Of a stretch of 64,000 nt of DNA, positions 29,037 to 39,109 are shown piece by piece. Under the pieces are notes generated by a model that was given only the letters and a program-made list of their open reading frames with translations, made no database searches and had not been told where the DNA came from. The position numbers were made by a program, and so were the translations under genes. The stretch is from an uncultured bacterium. Lineage in GTDB: Bacteria > Gemmatimonadota > Gemmatimonadetes > Longimicrobiales > RSA9. The stretch covers positions 69,243-133,242 of the forward strand of contig CALCID010000119.1 in NCBI GenBank assembly GCA_937907535.1, in the 5' to 3' direction. How positions within the stretch are numbered: the first letter of the stretch is position 1; the number at the start of each line of letters is the position of its first letter.

Positions 29037-29592
29037 AGCGGCGGCGGCCGGCCGGTTGCCGGCCTGGGCGGAGGCGGGGGAGGCGCGGCGGGCGCACATG
29101 GCGCGGGTCGCCGCGCTCATGGACGCGTGGGCCGAAGGGCTCGGGCTGGACGGAGCGGAGCGGGTGCGCTGGCGGGCGGCGGCTTGGTTGCACGACGCGC
29201 TGCGGGACGCGGACCCGGAGCGGATCCGGGGGCTGCTCCCGCCGGAGCTCCGGGACCTGCCGCCTCCGCTCGTGCACGGCCCCGCGGCCGCCGTCAGACT
29301 CCGGCAGGACGGTGTGGCTGACGAATCGCTGCTCCGTGCGATCGCGTACCACACCATAGGCCACCCCTCCCTCGACCGGCTCGGCCGGGCGCTGTATCTG
29401 GCGGACTTTCTCGAGCCGGGCCGCACCTTCGACCCGGGCGGGCGCGCCGCGCTGCGGGCGCGCATGCCGGAGGCGATGGATGCCGTGCTGGCCACGGTGG
29501 TCGAGCGGCGGATCGCGTACCTGCTCGTCGGCCGGCGGCGGCTCAGGCTCGAGACGATCCAGTTCTGGAACGAACTTCCCGTCGTGGGTTGA
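29029..29592 (+). CDS. yqeK: HD-domain protein YqeK (bis(5'-nucleosyl)-tetraphosphatase family)
   Basis: AAWLHDALRD..AIAYHTIGHP..ALYLADFLEPGR. It overlaps the upstream ORF by 8 nt. Confidence 0.75.
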   Translation: MIEAAAAGRLPAWAEAGEARRAHMARVAALMDAWAEGLGLDGAERVRWRAAAWLHDALRDADPERIRGLLPPELRDLPPPLVHGPAAAVRLRQDGVADESLLRAIAYHTIGHPSLDRLGRALYLADFLEPGRTFDPGGRAALRARMPEAMDAVLATVVERRIAYLLVGRRRLRLETIQFWNELPVVG

Positions 29593-30161
29593 TTGTGCGC
29601 TCGAGGCTGGAGATCCTGCTGCTCATCGTCACGTTGCTCGCGGTTTCCGCGTTCGTGGGCTCCTTCGTGTCCGGGCTGCGGGAGCCCAGGCTCCCGATCC
29701 AGTTCGATGCGGGGCGGGGCGCGGGGGGCGGCGGTGCGGCTGCCGTGCCGCCGGCCGCGCGGGAGCCGGGGGGCGGGGCAGGGGGCTGGACCCGTGCCGC
29801 GGACCCGGCGCGGGCGGACCGCGCGGGCGAGCGGGTCCGGGTGGAGGTGCTGAACGCCGCGGGGCGTCCGGGCCTCGCCCGGCGGGGCACGGAACGACTC
29901 CGGGCCCGGGGGTTCGACGTCGTCTATTTCGGCAACGCGACGGGCGACCGGGCCGACTCCTCGGTGGTGATCGACCGTACCGGCAACCTCGCCGCGGCCC
30001 GGGCCGTGGCGGATGCGCTCGGGATCCGGAACGTGGTCAGCCGGCCCGATTCCAACCTCTATCTGGATGTCACGGTGGTCCTGGCATCCGACTGGTCGCC
30101 GGAAGCGGCGGTGGAGGGAGGCGGGGTGCGGGGGTGGCTCGATCGGCTGCTGGATCGCTGA
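29589..30161 (+). CDS. LytR_C domain membrane-anchored protein
   Basis: N-terminal TM (LEILLLIVTLLAVSAFVGSFV), then VRVEVLNAAGRPGLARRGTERLRARGFDVVYFGNA..VVIDRTG. TTGA overlap with the yqeK stop. Confidence 0.7.
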   Translation: MIVRSRLEILLLIVTLLAVSAFVGSFVSGLREPRLPIQFDAGRGAGGGGAAAVPPAAREPGGGAGGWTRAADPARADRAGERVRVEVLNAAGRPGLARRGTERLRARGFDVVYFGNATGDRADSSVVIDRTGNLAAARAVADALGIRNVVSRPDSNLYLDVTVVLASDWSPEAAVEGGGVRGWLDRLLDR

Positions 30162-30300
30162 CCGCGAACGCGGCCCGGCCTCGGAGGGCGGTTCACCGCC
30201 GGTGAGCCGGCTCGCGCAACGTCGCCCGGAGAACGAGCCGGCCTTTGGCACCGGTCTCCGCCCGGACGCGCCGACCGCGCAGCGCCCCCGGCGGACGCAG

Positions 30301-31437
30301 TCAGGCGGTGGTGGCCGGGGTTGCCGCCGGCGCCCGACGGGTGAGGGCAATGAACGGCTTCGGCGGCACGAGCGCGTACTCGGCCCGGAGCTGGCCGCAC
30401 GCGGCCGCAATGTCCCGCCCCCGCGGCTCCCGCACCGTGACCGGTATCCCCCGCGACTCCAGCACCCGGACGAATTCCCGCAGGCGCGCGGGCGGCGTCG
30501 GCCTCCACCCCGTCCCCGGCACCGGGTTGTAGGGAATGAGGTTCACGTGGGACGGGAAGGGCCGCACCAGCTCGGCCAGCTCCGTTGCGAGCCCGGGCGA
30601 GTCGTTGATCCCGTCGATCATCACGTACTCGAACGTGATCCGCCGGCCGCCGGCCTCCTCGAAGCGGCGGAGCGCGTCGAACAGCACCGGGAGCGGGTAC
30701 TTCTTCTCGATCGGGACCAGGCGTTCGCGGAGCTCGTGGTTCGGGGCGTGGAGCGAGACGGCCAGCCGGAACTGCTCCGGCCGCTCGGCCAGCTCCAGGA
30801 TCCCCGGCACAACACCCACGGTCGAGATCGTGATCCGCCGCGCCCCGAGGCCGTACGCGGCGTTCAGGAGCGTCAGCGCGGACATCACGGCCCGCCGGTT
30901 CATGAGCGGCTCACCCATCCCCATGAAGACCACGTTCGTGATCGGTCCCATGCCGTGCTCCGCGGCCCACCGCCGGGCGCCCCGGTACTGGCTCACGATC
31001 TCGCCGGTGGTGAGCTGACGGCGATAGCCGGACCAGCCCGTGGCGCAGAACACGCAGGCCATGGCGCAGCCCGCCTGGGAGGAGATGCAGAGGGTGAGAC
31101 GGCGGTCCGCCGGGATCAGGACGGACTCGACGAGCTCGCCGTCCGCAAGGCGCCACAGGTGCTTGACCGTGCCGTCCTCGGACTGCGCGGCCCGCGCCAG
31201 CTCCGGCGCCGTGAACCCGAACGCCTCCTCCAGCGCGGCGCGCTCCGCGGCCGGCAGGTCCGTCATTTCCGAGAAGGCAGCGGCATCCCGCTCGTACAGC
31301 CACGCCAGGGCCTGCCGGACCCGGTAGCGAGGCTGCCGCCTCGCCGCGAAGTGCTCGGCGAGCAGCCGTTCCACCGCATCCCGGTCCAGAGAAAGCACAT
31401 CCGGGCGCGTGCCGGTTTCCGTCCGATCCAACGACAT
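30301..31437 (-). CDS. rlmN: 23S rRNA/tRNA (adenine-C2)-methyltransferase RlmN (radical SAM)
   Basis: From ATG 31437: LCISSQAGCAMACVFCATG (CxxxCxxC)..VVFMGMGEPL..STVG..SLHAP..NLIPYNP..AACGQL. Confidence 0.92.
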   Translation of the reverse strand: MSLDRTETGTRPDVLSLDRDAVERLLAEHFAARRQPRYRVRQALAWLYERDAAAFSEMTDLPAAERAALEEAFGFTAPELARAAQSEDGTVKHLWRLADGELVESVLIPADRRLTLCISSQAGCAMACVFCATGWSGYRRQLTTGEIVSQYRGARRWAAEHGMGPITNVVFMGMGEPLMNRRAVMSALTLLNAAYGLGARRITISTVGVVPGILELAERPEQFRLAVSLHAPNHELRERLVPIEKKYPLPVLFDALRRFEEAGGRRITFEYVMIDGINDSPGLATELAELVRPFPSHVNLIPYNPVPGTGWRPTPPARLREFVRVLESRGIPVTVREPRGRDIAAACGQLRAEYALVPPKPFIALTRRAPAATPATTA

Positions 31438-32324
31438 CAGAGCCTGACGTGAAGTCTGTAGTAGTACGCCGCGCCGAATCCCGCCGGGCTCTCTTCCCGC
31501 ACGAGTCCGACGGTGTAGCGTCCGAACCGGGCTATCCCCGCGACCACCGGGAGCACGGAAGGGCCGTCCGCCGTGGATTCGACGGCCGCGCCAATGGTCA
31601 GCTCGAACCGGTCCTGCCACCGGCTGGTCGCCGCCACCCGGTGCGCCACGAGCCGCTGGTCCGACTCCCCGGAGAGGCCGTAGCTCAGCCCCGGCACCCA
31701 ATACCGGTCGGCGCTCGGCCGCGGCCCGACCTCCACACCCGCCAGCCACCGCGGTTCCGCCCCGCTCGTGAACACCGCGAGCCCGACCGTCGGCTCCAGC
31801 GGCGTGCCGGCCCGGTAGACCAGCCCTGCGCCGGCGTGGAGGGCCGTCTCCCGCACGTAGCCCAGCGTCTCCCGCGATGCGCGCAGGACCCCGCCGAGCT
31901 GCAGTCCGGAGGCCAGCTCCCGCGACACCCCGAGCGTGAACAGATCGCCGGACACCTCGATCCACGGCGCCGTCTCGTCCCGGAGCGGCGATGTCGTGGT
32001 CCGGACGATCTCCTCCATGCCCAGGTGTCTGTACCCCGCAAACACCGTGGTGCGCCGATCCAGGGCCACCGCACCCGCGATGGCAAGACCGCTGACCGTC
32101 GTGATCTCCGGTCCTTCGATGTCCACCACCATCGCATCCGCCCGGCCCGTGATCTCGCCCGCCGCCGCCGGGTTCCAGAACGCGGCCGCCGCACCCCTGG
32201 CGAGCGCGGATGCCCCGGCCGTCGTGCGCACCGGCCAGTCCAGCAGCCGTTGCGCCGCAGCGGGCGCAGCGCCCGCACACAGCAGGCAACAGGCACTCAG
32301 GACGGTGCGGATAGTCCACTTCAT
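31437..32324 (-). CDS. Outer-membrane beta-barrel protein of unknown family
   Basis: From ATG 32324: signal peptide MKWTIRTVLSACCLLCAGAAPAAAQ, a FWNPAA motif and alternating beta-strand pattern, ending ..YYYRLHVRL. The stop overlaps the rlmN ATG by 1 nt (TGATG). Confidence 0.6.
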   Translation of the reverse strand: MKWTIRTVLSACCLLCAGAAPAAAQRLLDWPVRTTAGASALARGAAAAFWNPAAAGEITGRADAMVVDIEGPEITTVSGLAIAGAVALDRRTTVFAGYRHLGMEEIVRTTTSPLRDETAPWIEVSGDLFTLGVSRELASGLQLGGVLRASRETLGYVRETALHAGAGLVYRAGTPLEPTVGLAVFTSGAEPRWLAGVEVGPRPSADRYWVPGLSYGLSGESDQRLVAHRVAATSRWQDRFELTIGAAVESTADGPSVLPVVAGIARFGRYTVGLVREESPAGFGAAYYYRLHVRL

Positions 32325-32423
32325 AGTCCGGTCCAGCGGCTTGATGGCCCTCTCATGCGCTGTTAATTTAGACAACTTGCGCAACTTTGGAAAACCCTGT
32401 GCGTTCAGGACTCGAGGCGCGCC

Positions 32424-32882
32424 TTGCTGCTCACAGACCTGCTGACCCCGGAACGGATCCGCATACCGCTCAAGTCTCGTTCCAAGGAGGAGCTGCTGCG
32501 CGAGCTCGTCGAGGTGATCACGCAGCACGACGGGGTGGACGACCCCGAGGCCGTGCTCAAGGCCGTCCTGGAACGAGAGGCCGTGCTCTCCACGGGGATC
32601 GGGAACGGTGTGGCGATCCCGCACGGCAAGTCCTCCGCGGTCCCGGAACTGCGCATGGCCGCCGGGCTGACTCGCCAGCCGGTGGATTTCGATGCGCTCG
32701 ACGGACAGCCGGTCCGGCTCTTCTTCATGCTCGTCGGGCCGGAGTCGGCTGCGGGCCCGCACATCAAGGCGTTGAGCCGGATCTCCCGCCTGGTCCGTAA
32801 GGAGTCCGTGCGGGCCCGGCTCGAGTCGGCCCGTAACGCGGAGGAGTTCTATCGCGCGCTGAAGGAAGCCGAGAGCGCGTGA
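32424..32882 (+). CDS. ptsN: PTS EIIA(Ntr)-type nitrogen regulatory protein
   Basis: LLTPERI..KEELLRELV..REAVLSTGIGNGVAIPHGK (phospho-His context)..LFFMLVGP. TTG start. Confidence 0.85.
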   Translation: MLLTDLLTPERIRIPLKSRSKEELLRELVEVITQHDGVDDPEAVLKAVLEREAVLSTGIGNGVAIPHGKSSAVPELRMAAGLTRQPVDFDALDGQPVRLFFMLVGPESAAGPHIKALSRISRLVRKESVRARLESARNAEEFYRALKEAESA

Positions 32883-33051
32883 TCGCCAGGTGGCCGGCCA
32901 GCGGATCCGCCGTGCGAGCGCCGGGACAGCTCCTCCCCCGTCACCCCTGTCGAAACCGATCCCAGCGACCCTGGAAGCGCCGGATGCGCCGGGCCCTCGA
33001 TCCCCGCGGCTGGGCCGATCCGTACCTGTATGAGCGGGGTATGACGCCGCC

Positions 33052-33465
33052 ATGAACACGATTCCTGAAGTGGAAGAAATGCGGGCCCCCTCCCTGGGGC
33101 GGCGGCTCCTCGCCTATGCGCCGGCTGCCGCATGGGCCACGCTGCTCCTCGTCGTCGGCTCGGTCGAGCACGTGCCGACGCCGGACTCCACGCTGCCCCT
33201 GGACAAGGTGGCGCATTTCACCGGATATGGCATCCTGGGCGCGCTGGCGGCCTACGGCTGGCGCTGGGCGGGGAGGTGGCCGGGCCGCGTCCTCCCCCTG
33301 CTCCTGATCCTTGCCCTGGCCGCGATCGACGAGCTGCATCAGATTCGAACGCCCGGCCGGCATGGGGACGTGGCCGACTGGATCGCCGACGCGGCCGGCG
33401 CCTTGACCGGATTCGTGACCATCGCTCGATTCCGCCTACCGATCTCTCGAAGGGACGACGCATGA
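33052..33465 (+). CDS. VanZ-like family membrane protein
   Basis: LDKVAHFTGYGILG..AIDELHQIRTPGRHGDVADWIADAAG. Confidence 0.7.
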   Translation: MNTIPEVEEMRAPSLGRRLLAYAPAAAWATLLLVVGSVEHVPTPDSTLPLDKVAHFTGYGILGALAAYGWRWAGRWPGRVLPLLLILALAAIDELHQIRTPGRHGDVADWIADAAGALTGFVTIARFRLPISRRDDA

Positions 33466-35369
33466 AGTCTTCTTTCGCCACCACGTACCGGGATTCCCTG
33501 GTGGGGCACCTCAGCACCCAGAACGTGGGGGAGCGTATCCGCCTGGCCGGCTGGGTGCACCGCAGACGCGACCTCGGAGGGCTCATCTTCGTGGACCTGC
33601 GCGACCGCTCCGGGCTGGTCCAGCTTTCCTTCGGGCCGGACTGGACCCCGGAGCCCGTACTCGACCGGGCGCACCGGCTCGGGAGCGAGACGGTCATCGC
33701 CGTGGAAGGCACGGTCGTCGCCCGGCCGCCGGCGGCCGTGAACCCCGACCTCCCCACCGGGGAGATCGAGGTGCACGTCACCGCGCTGGAGGTGCTCGGC
33801 GAGTCCGAGCCGCCGCCGATCCCCGTGGCGCTCTCCCCCGCGGACGAGCTGCCCGCCGAGGAGCTGCGCCTCCGCTACCGCTACCTGGATCTGCGCCGGC
33901 CCGCGCTCCAGCACGCCCTCGCCACCCGGCACCGGGCGATGCAGCGGGTGCGCGCCTATCTCTCGGCCCAGGGGTTCTACGAGATCGAGACCCCCATGCT
34001 GACCCGCCGGACCCCGGAGGGCGCGCGCGACTACCTGGTCCCCAGCCGGGTCCACCCGGGCGAGTTCTACGCGCTCCCCCAGTCGCCGCAGCTGTACAAG
34101 CAGCTCCTCATGGTCGCGGGCTACGACCGCTATTTCCAGATCGCCCGCTGCCTGCGGGACGAGGACCTGCGCGCGGACCGGCAGCCGGAATTCACCCAGA
34201 TCGACGCGGAAATGTCGTTCGTTTCCGAGGAGGACGTGTTCCGCGTCGCCGATGGCATGATTGCCGCACTGTGGTCCGATGTGCTGGGGGTCGAGCTGGA
34301 GACGCCGTTCCCCCGGCTCACGTATCGCGAGGCGATGGAGCGGTATGGAACGGACAAGCCCGACCTCCGCTTCGGGATGGAGATCCAGGACCTCACCGAC
34401 CTGCTGCAGGAGTCGGAATTCCGGCTTTTCCGGGACACGCGAGGCACCGGTGCGCGGATCCGGGGTATTCGTGCATCGGGTGCGGGCACGGTGTTGTCGC
34501 GCCGTGAGATCGATGAGTTGGCGGAGATCGCGCGTGGCGCGGGCGCGGCCGGCGCGCTCTGGGTGCGGCGCACCGAGGAGGGGCTCTCCGGCACGTTCGC
34601 CCGCGGGCTGGATGAAGGGCTCGCCGAGCGGTTCATCCAGGAAACCGGCCTCGAGATCGGGGATCTCTTCGTCGTCGTGATCGGTCATTTCCGGTCCTTG
34701 CCGGTCGTGGCCGAGAGCCACATGGGTGCCACGGACGCGCCGACCCTCGGCGGGGCGGAGGCCGCGCTGGACGCCCTGCGCCGCCACCTCGGGGATCGGC
34801 TCGGCCTGCGGCGGCCGGACGTGCATCGTTGGGCGTGGATCACCGAGTTCCCGCTCTTCGACTGGGATGCCGAGGCCGGGCGGCTGGTTGCGGCGCACAA
34901 CCCGTTCGCCATGCCGCATCCGGAGGATCTGCCGAGGCTCGCGGAGTACACGCGGGACGGGCCCATCACCGGGGAACGCGCGCTGGCCCTGTTCCGGGAG
35001 GGGCTCAGGTCCCGGGCGTACGACGTGGTGTACAACGGCCACGAGATGGCCAGCGGCTCGATCCGGGCGCACGATCCCGACATTCAGCGAATGGTCTTCC
35101 GCGCGCTCGGGATGTCCGATCGGGAAGCCGAGGAGAAGTTCGGCTTCCTGCTGGAGGCGCTCCGGAGCGGTGCGCCTCCGCACGGCGGGTTCGCGTTCGG
35201 TTTCGACCGGCTCGTCATGCTGCTCGTTGGCGCGTCGAGCCTGCGGGACGTGATCGCGTTCCCGAAGACCACTGCGGCGCGCGCCCTGTTCGAAGGGGCG
35301 CCCGCGCCCGTTACGGCCGATGAGCTCGCGGAACTGCACATCGGCGTCGTGGACGGGGGAAGGAGCTGA
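33462..35369 (+). CDS. aspS: Aspartate--tRNA ligase
   Basis: From ATG 33462 (ATGA overlap with the vanZ-like stop): RLAGWVHRRRDLGGLIFVDLRDRSG..YRYLDLRR..FYALPQSPQLYKQLLM..FQIARCLRDEDLRADRQPEFTQID..GGFAFGFDRL. Confidence 0.94.
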   Translation: MKSSFATTYRDSLVGHLSTQNVGERIRLAGWVHRRRDLGGLIFVDLRDRSGLVQLSFGPDWTPEPVLDRAHRLGSETVIAVEGTVVARPPAAVNPDLPTGEIEVHVTALEVLGESEPPPIPVALSPADELPAEELRLRYRYLDLRRPALQHALATRHRAMQRVRAYLSAQGFYEIETPMLTRRTPEGARDYLVPSRVHPGEFYALPQSPQLYKQLLMVAGYDRYFQIARCLRDEDLRADRQPEFTQIDAEMSFVSEEDVFRVADGMIAALWSDVLGVELETPFPRLTYREAMERYGTDKPDLRFGMEIQDLTDLLQESEFRLFRDTRGTGARIRGIRASGAGTVLSRREIDELAEIARGAGAAGALWVRRTEEGLSGTFARGLDEGLAERFIQETGLEIGDLFVVVIGHFRSLPVVAESHMGATDAPTLGGAEAALDALRRHLGDRLGLRRPDVHRWAWITEFPLFDWDAEAGRLVAAHNPFAMPHPEDLPRLAEYTRDGPITGERALALFREGLRSRAYDVVYNGHEMASGSIRAHDPDIQRMVFRALGMSDREAEEKFGFLLEALRSGAPPHGGFAFGFDRLVMLLVGASSLRDVIAFPKTTAARALFEGAPAPVTADELAELHIGVVDGGRS

Positions 35370-35374
35370 ACGGA

Positions 35375-36346
35375 TTGGTAGAGACGCACATTGTCCAGCA
35401 TCGTCTGCCGGCCGAGGGCGCGGATTACCTGCTCCTGGCCGGGGTGAACGATGCGAACTTCCAGGAGCTGACCCGCCTGTGCGGGTGCCGTGTGATCCTG
35501 CGTGGGGACCACGTGATCCTGTCGGGCGAGCTGAAGGATGTGGAACGGGCGGTGCCGGCCGTGCAGCACCTGATCGAGTTGGCCCGTCTGGGCACGGCGT
35601 TCGGGGTGGATGAGGTGCGGCGGGCCGTGGCCGAGACGGCCGGGAACGGCCGTCACGAGGTCATGGATCGGGGCCACGACCTCCGCATCCTGCTGCCCGG
35701 ATCGCGCAAGGTGATCGCGCCGAAGTCCGAGGGGCAGCGCCGGTACCTGGAGGCCATTGCGAAGAATGACATCGTGGTCGGGATCGGCCCGGCGGGTACG
35801 GGCAAGACGTACCTCGCGGTGGCCGCGGCCGTGGATGCGCTGTTGAAGAACCGGGTCAAGCGGATCATCCTGGCCCGTCCCGCGGTGGAGGCAGGGGAGA
35901 ACCTGGGCTTCCTGCCGGGCGATCTCCAGGAGAAGGTCGACCCGTACCTGCGGCCGCTCTACGATGCGCTCGAAGACATGATGCCGGTGGACCGGATCCG
36001 CCGGGCGCTCGAGTCGCGGGTCATCGAGATCGCGCCGCTGGCGTACATGCGCGGCCGGACGCTCGCGGACGCCTTCGTGATTCTGGACGAGGCGCAGAAC
36101 GCGACCACGGCGCAGATGAAGATGTTCCTCACCCGGCTCGGCCTGAACTCGCGGACCGTGATCACCGGGGACAAGACGCAGATCGACCTGCCTCGTCCGG
36201 AAGACTCGGGGCTCCTCGAGATCGAGCAGATCCTGACGGGGATCGACGGGATCAGTTTCGTCTACCTCGAACCGATCGACGTCGTGCGGCATCGCCTGGT
36301 CAAGGAAATCATCGAGGCGTACGCCGCTGCCGATGCCGACCGGTAG
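35375..36346 (+). CDS. phoH: PhoH-like ATPase
   Basis: GPAGTGKTYLAVA..ILARPAVEAGENLGFLPGDLQEKVDPYLRPLYDAL..ILDEAQN. Confidence 0.92.
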   Translation: MVETHIVQHRLPAEGADYLLLAGVNDANFQELTRLCGCRVILRGDHVILSGELKDVERAVPAVQHLIELARLGTAFGVDEVRRAVAETAGNGRHEVMDRGHDLRILLPGSRKVIAPKSEGQRRYLEAIAKNDIVVGIGPAGTGKTYLAVAAAVDALLKNRVKRIILARPAVEAGENLGFLPGDLQEKVDPYLRPLYDALEDMMPVDRIRRALESRVIEIAPLAYMRGRTLADAFVILDEAQNATTAQMKMFLTRLGLNSRTVITGDKTQIDLPRPEDSGLLEIEQILTGIDGISFVYLEPIDVVRHRLVKEIIEAYAAADADR

Positions 36347-38627
36347 GAGCGGGATCGTGCGCGACCGTCGTACCGGATTCCGGGACGTGATCCGGGTTCT
36401 GAACGAGCGGCCGATCAGGGCCTGGCCGGAGGGCGTGATCCATCACGGTGCGCGCGTGCTGATCCTGTTGGGGCTCGCGTTCGTGGTGTACGCGCTCTTC
36501 CCGGTTTCTCCCGTCCGGGACTTCCCCGCGCTCGAGAAGGGGATGGTCGCGGACCGGGACATCATCGCCCAGGTCGGGTTCCCGATCCGGAAGTCCGAGG
36601 CGGAGCTGGCGCGGGAGCGTGCGGAGGCGGCGGCCAGCGTTGCGCCGATCTTCGAGTACGACGCGACCGCGGTGGACACGATGCTCGTCCGGGTCGGCGC
36701 GTTCCTGGAGCGCCTGGACTCTGCGGCGGCCGCGCCGGGCGGGGACGACGCGGCGCGGGCCCGCATCCGGGAAGTGCTCGCGTCCTACGGCCTGTCCGCC
36801 ACGGACGCCATGGTGGACGCGGTGCGGGATCCGGAGCAGCGCGCGAATCTGGCGGTCGGCCTCGAGCGCGCGATCCGCGAGGAGCTCCCGGAGGGGATCG
36901 TCGCCACCGGGGATCTGGATGCGAGCGTCGCCTCGCAGCTCCGGATCCCGATCCGGGGAGTCGAGCGGCTCGTGTGGCGGGACTCGGTGCCGCTCCAGTC
37001 GCACTTCATCCGGAAGGCGGCCTCGTACCTGCCGCGGGGCTCCGCCGCCGAGATCGAAGAGCTCCAGCGCCTGGCGCTCGTGCGTTTCTTCCAGCCGAGC
37101 ATCCGGCTCGACCGGGAGGCCACGGAGGCGGCGCGGGAGCGGGCGCGGCAGGCGGTGCCGGAGATCAAGGGCGAGGTGCTGGCGGGCGAGCGCATTGTCC
37201 GGGCGCACGAACAGGTGCGGGACGTAGAGCTCGAGCGGCTGCGCGCCTATCAGGAGCATCTCGCGGCCCTGGGACAGCTGGGGCCGGGCGCCGCGGGCGC
37301 TGGCCGAGCGGCCGGCGCGTTCATCTACAACCTGCTGATCCTCTCGGTTTTCGGGATCCTGCTCCTCTTCTTCCGGCCGAACGTCTACCACACGTTCCGC
37401 CAGATCCAGGCGCTGGCGCTCCTGACGCTCGCGCTGGTGGTGGCGGCCGCGATGATCGCCCGTTTCGGGGCGCCGCCGGAGCTGATCCCGATCGCCTTTC
37501 CGGCGCTCGTCATCGCGACGCTGTGGGACGGCCGGGCGGCGCTCAACTACTCGCTGGTCATGGCCGTGCTGCTGAGCGGCCAGACGCCGTTCCTGGGCGC
37601 GTCCATCCTGTTCACGCTCGTCATCGGCGGCGCGGCCGCGTCCCTCTGCGTCCGGGTGATCCGGCGCCGGGCGCAGAACTGGGTCTTCATCTCGATCATC
37701 GCGCTGTCCTACGTGGCCGCGGCGATCGCCATCGGGCTGATGCGGTCCCGGGAGCTGGGCGAGATCTTCTCGTCCATGGGTTGGGGCGTGGCCAGCGCCA
37801 CGGTGAGCGGGATCCTGGCCATGAGCTTCATACCGCTCTTCGAGGCCCTGACCCGGATCACGACGGACCAGACGCTGCTCGAGCTGGCGGACCTGAACCG
37901 CCCGCTCCTCAAGCGCCTGTCTCTCGAGGCTCCCGGCACGTATGCCCACTCCATCAACGTCGCGAACCTGGCGGAGGCGGCGGCCCGGGCCATCGGCGCG
38001 AACGCCCTGCTCACCCGCGTCGGCGTGTACTATCACGACGTGGGCAAGCTGGCGAAGCCCCAGTACTTCATCGAGAACCAGCCGCCCGGCCGCAACCCGC
38101 ACGACAAGCTGAAGCCGGCCATGTCCGCCACCATCGTGCGGGGACACGTCCTGGAAGGACTGCGGCTCGCCGATGAGGCGAAGCTGCCGGAGAGCGTGAA
38201 GCGGTTCATCGCGGAGCATCACGGCACGCAGCCGATCAGCTTCTTCTATGAGCGGGCGCGGGAGCTGGACCCGGACGGCGAGGTGGACGAACAGCACTTC
38301 TGTTATCCGGGGCCGAAGCCGCAATCCAAGGAGACGGCCATCGTCATGCTGGCCGACTCGGTGGAATCGGCGGCTCGCGTGCTCCAGGACCCGACGCCGC
38401 AGCGGATCCGGGAGCTCGTCGACCGCATCGTGGAGGGGAAGATCGCGCGGGGTCAGCTCGATGAGTCGCCGCTCACGATGCGCGAACTGACGATCATCAA
38501 GGAGCAGTTTGCCAGCGTGCTCAGCGGCATGTACCATCACCGGATCGACTACCCGACGACGCCGCGGGAGCAGCCGGAGGCGGCCGTGTCCGTCGCGCCG
38601 GGCGGGGGCGCCGGCGTTCGCGACTGA
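36333..38627 (+). CDS. pgpH: 7TM-HD membrane phosphohydrolase (PgpH/YqfF family)
   Basis: A large N-terminal extracytoplasmic region, seven hydrophobic helices, then HSINVANLAE..YYHDVGK..EHHG. It overlaps the phoH end by 14 nt. Confidence 0.85.
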   Translation: MPTGRSGIVRDRRTGFRDVIRVLNERPIRAWPEGVIHHGARVLILLGLAFVVYALFPVSPVRDFPALEKGMVADRDIIAQVGFPIRKSEAELARERAEAAASVAPIFEYDATAVDTMLVRVGAFLERLDSAAAAPGGDDAARARIREVLASYGLSATDAMVDAVRDPEQRANLAVGLERAIREELPEGIVATGDLDASVASQLRIPIRGVERLVWRDSVPLQSHFIRKAASYLPRGSAAEIEELQRLALVRFFQPSIRLDREATEAARERARQAVPEIKGEVLAGERIVRAHEQVRDVELERLRAYQEHLAALGQLGPGAAGAGRAAGAFIYNLLILSVFGILLLFFRPNVYHTFRQIQALALLTLALVVAAAMIARFGAPPELIPIAFPALVIATLWDGRAALNYSLVMAVLLSGQTPFLGASILFTLVIGGAAASLCVRVIRRRAQNWVFISIIALSYVAAAIAIGLMRSRELGEIFSSMGWGVASATVSGILAMSFIPLFEALTRITTDQTLLELADLNRPLLKRLSLEAPGTYAHSINVANLAEAAARAIGANALLTRVGVYYHDVGKLAKPQYFIENQPPGRNPHDKLKPAMSATIVRGHVLEGLRLADEAKLPESVKRFIAEHHGTQPISFFYERARELDPDGEVDEQHFCYPGPKPQSKETAIVMLADSVESAARVLQDPTPQRIRELVDRIVEGKIARGQLDESPLTMRELTIIKEQFASVLSGMYHHRIDYPTTPREQPEAAVSVAPGGGAGVRD

Positions 38628-38632
38628 TCCCG

Positions 38633-39109
38633 ATGCCCGTTGCGGTCGAGATCCACCTCGGGCCGGCGCTCACGCGGGCCCGGCGCGCCGCCGGGGGCCG
38701 GACGCTCCCGGCGGCCGGCGTGTTGCGCAGGTTGCTCGCGCGCGCGGTGCGCGCCACGGTGGCCGCGGAGGGCCACACGGATGCCGAGATCTCCGTGTCT
38801 CTCCTCGCGGACCCGGACATCGCCGAAATGAACCTGCGCTATCTCGGGCATTCGGGCCCGACGGACGTGATCTCCTTTGCGCTCTACGAGCCCGGTGAGC
38901 GCCCGGTCGGGGACCTGTACGTGGGCGCGGAACAGGCGGTCCGCCAGGCCCGGGAGTTCGGCGTGTCGCCCGTCGAGGAGCTGGTCCGGCTGGTGGTGCA
39001 CGGCACGCTGCACGTGCTCGGCCATGACCATCCCGAGGGGCCGGAGCGGGCGCGCAGCGAGATGTGGGATCTGCAGGAGCGCCTCGTGCGCGAGGTGAGC
39101 GGTTCGTGA
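38633..39109 (+). CDS. ybeY: Endoribonuclease YbeY
   Basis: DVISF..VVHGTLHVLGHDH zinc motif. Confidence 0.9.
   Translation: MPVAVEIHLGPALTRARRAAGGRTLPAAGVLRRLLARAVRATVAAEGHTDAEISVSLLADPDIAEMNLRYLGHSGPTDVISFALYEPGERPVGDLYVGAEQAVRQAREFGVSPVEELVRLVVHGTLHVLGHDHPEGPERARSEMWDLQERLVREVSGS

Noticed and set aside
32387-32403. Sigma-54 promoter upstream of ptsN (TTGGAAAACCCTGTGCG, GG-N10-GC spacing)
   Set aside because: Only 4/6 and 3/4 matches to TGGCAC/TTGC. It would leave a leader of about 14 nt. ptsN is normally co-transcribed with rpoN rather than sigma-54 dependent. It is no better than chance in an AT-richer patch.
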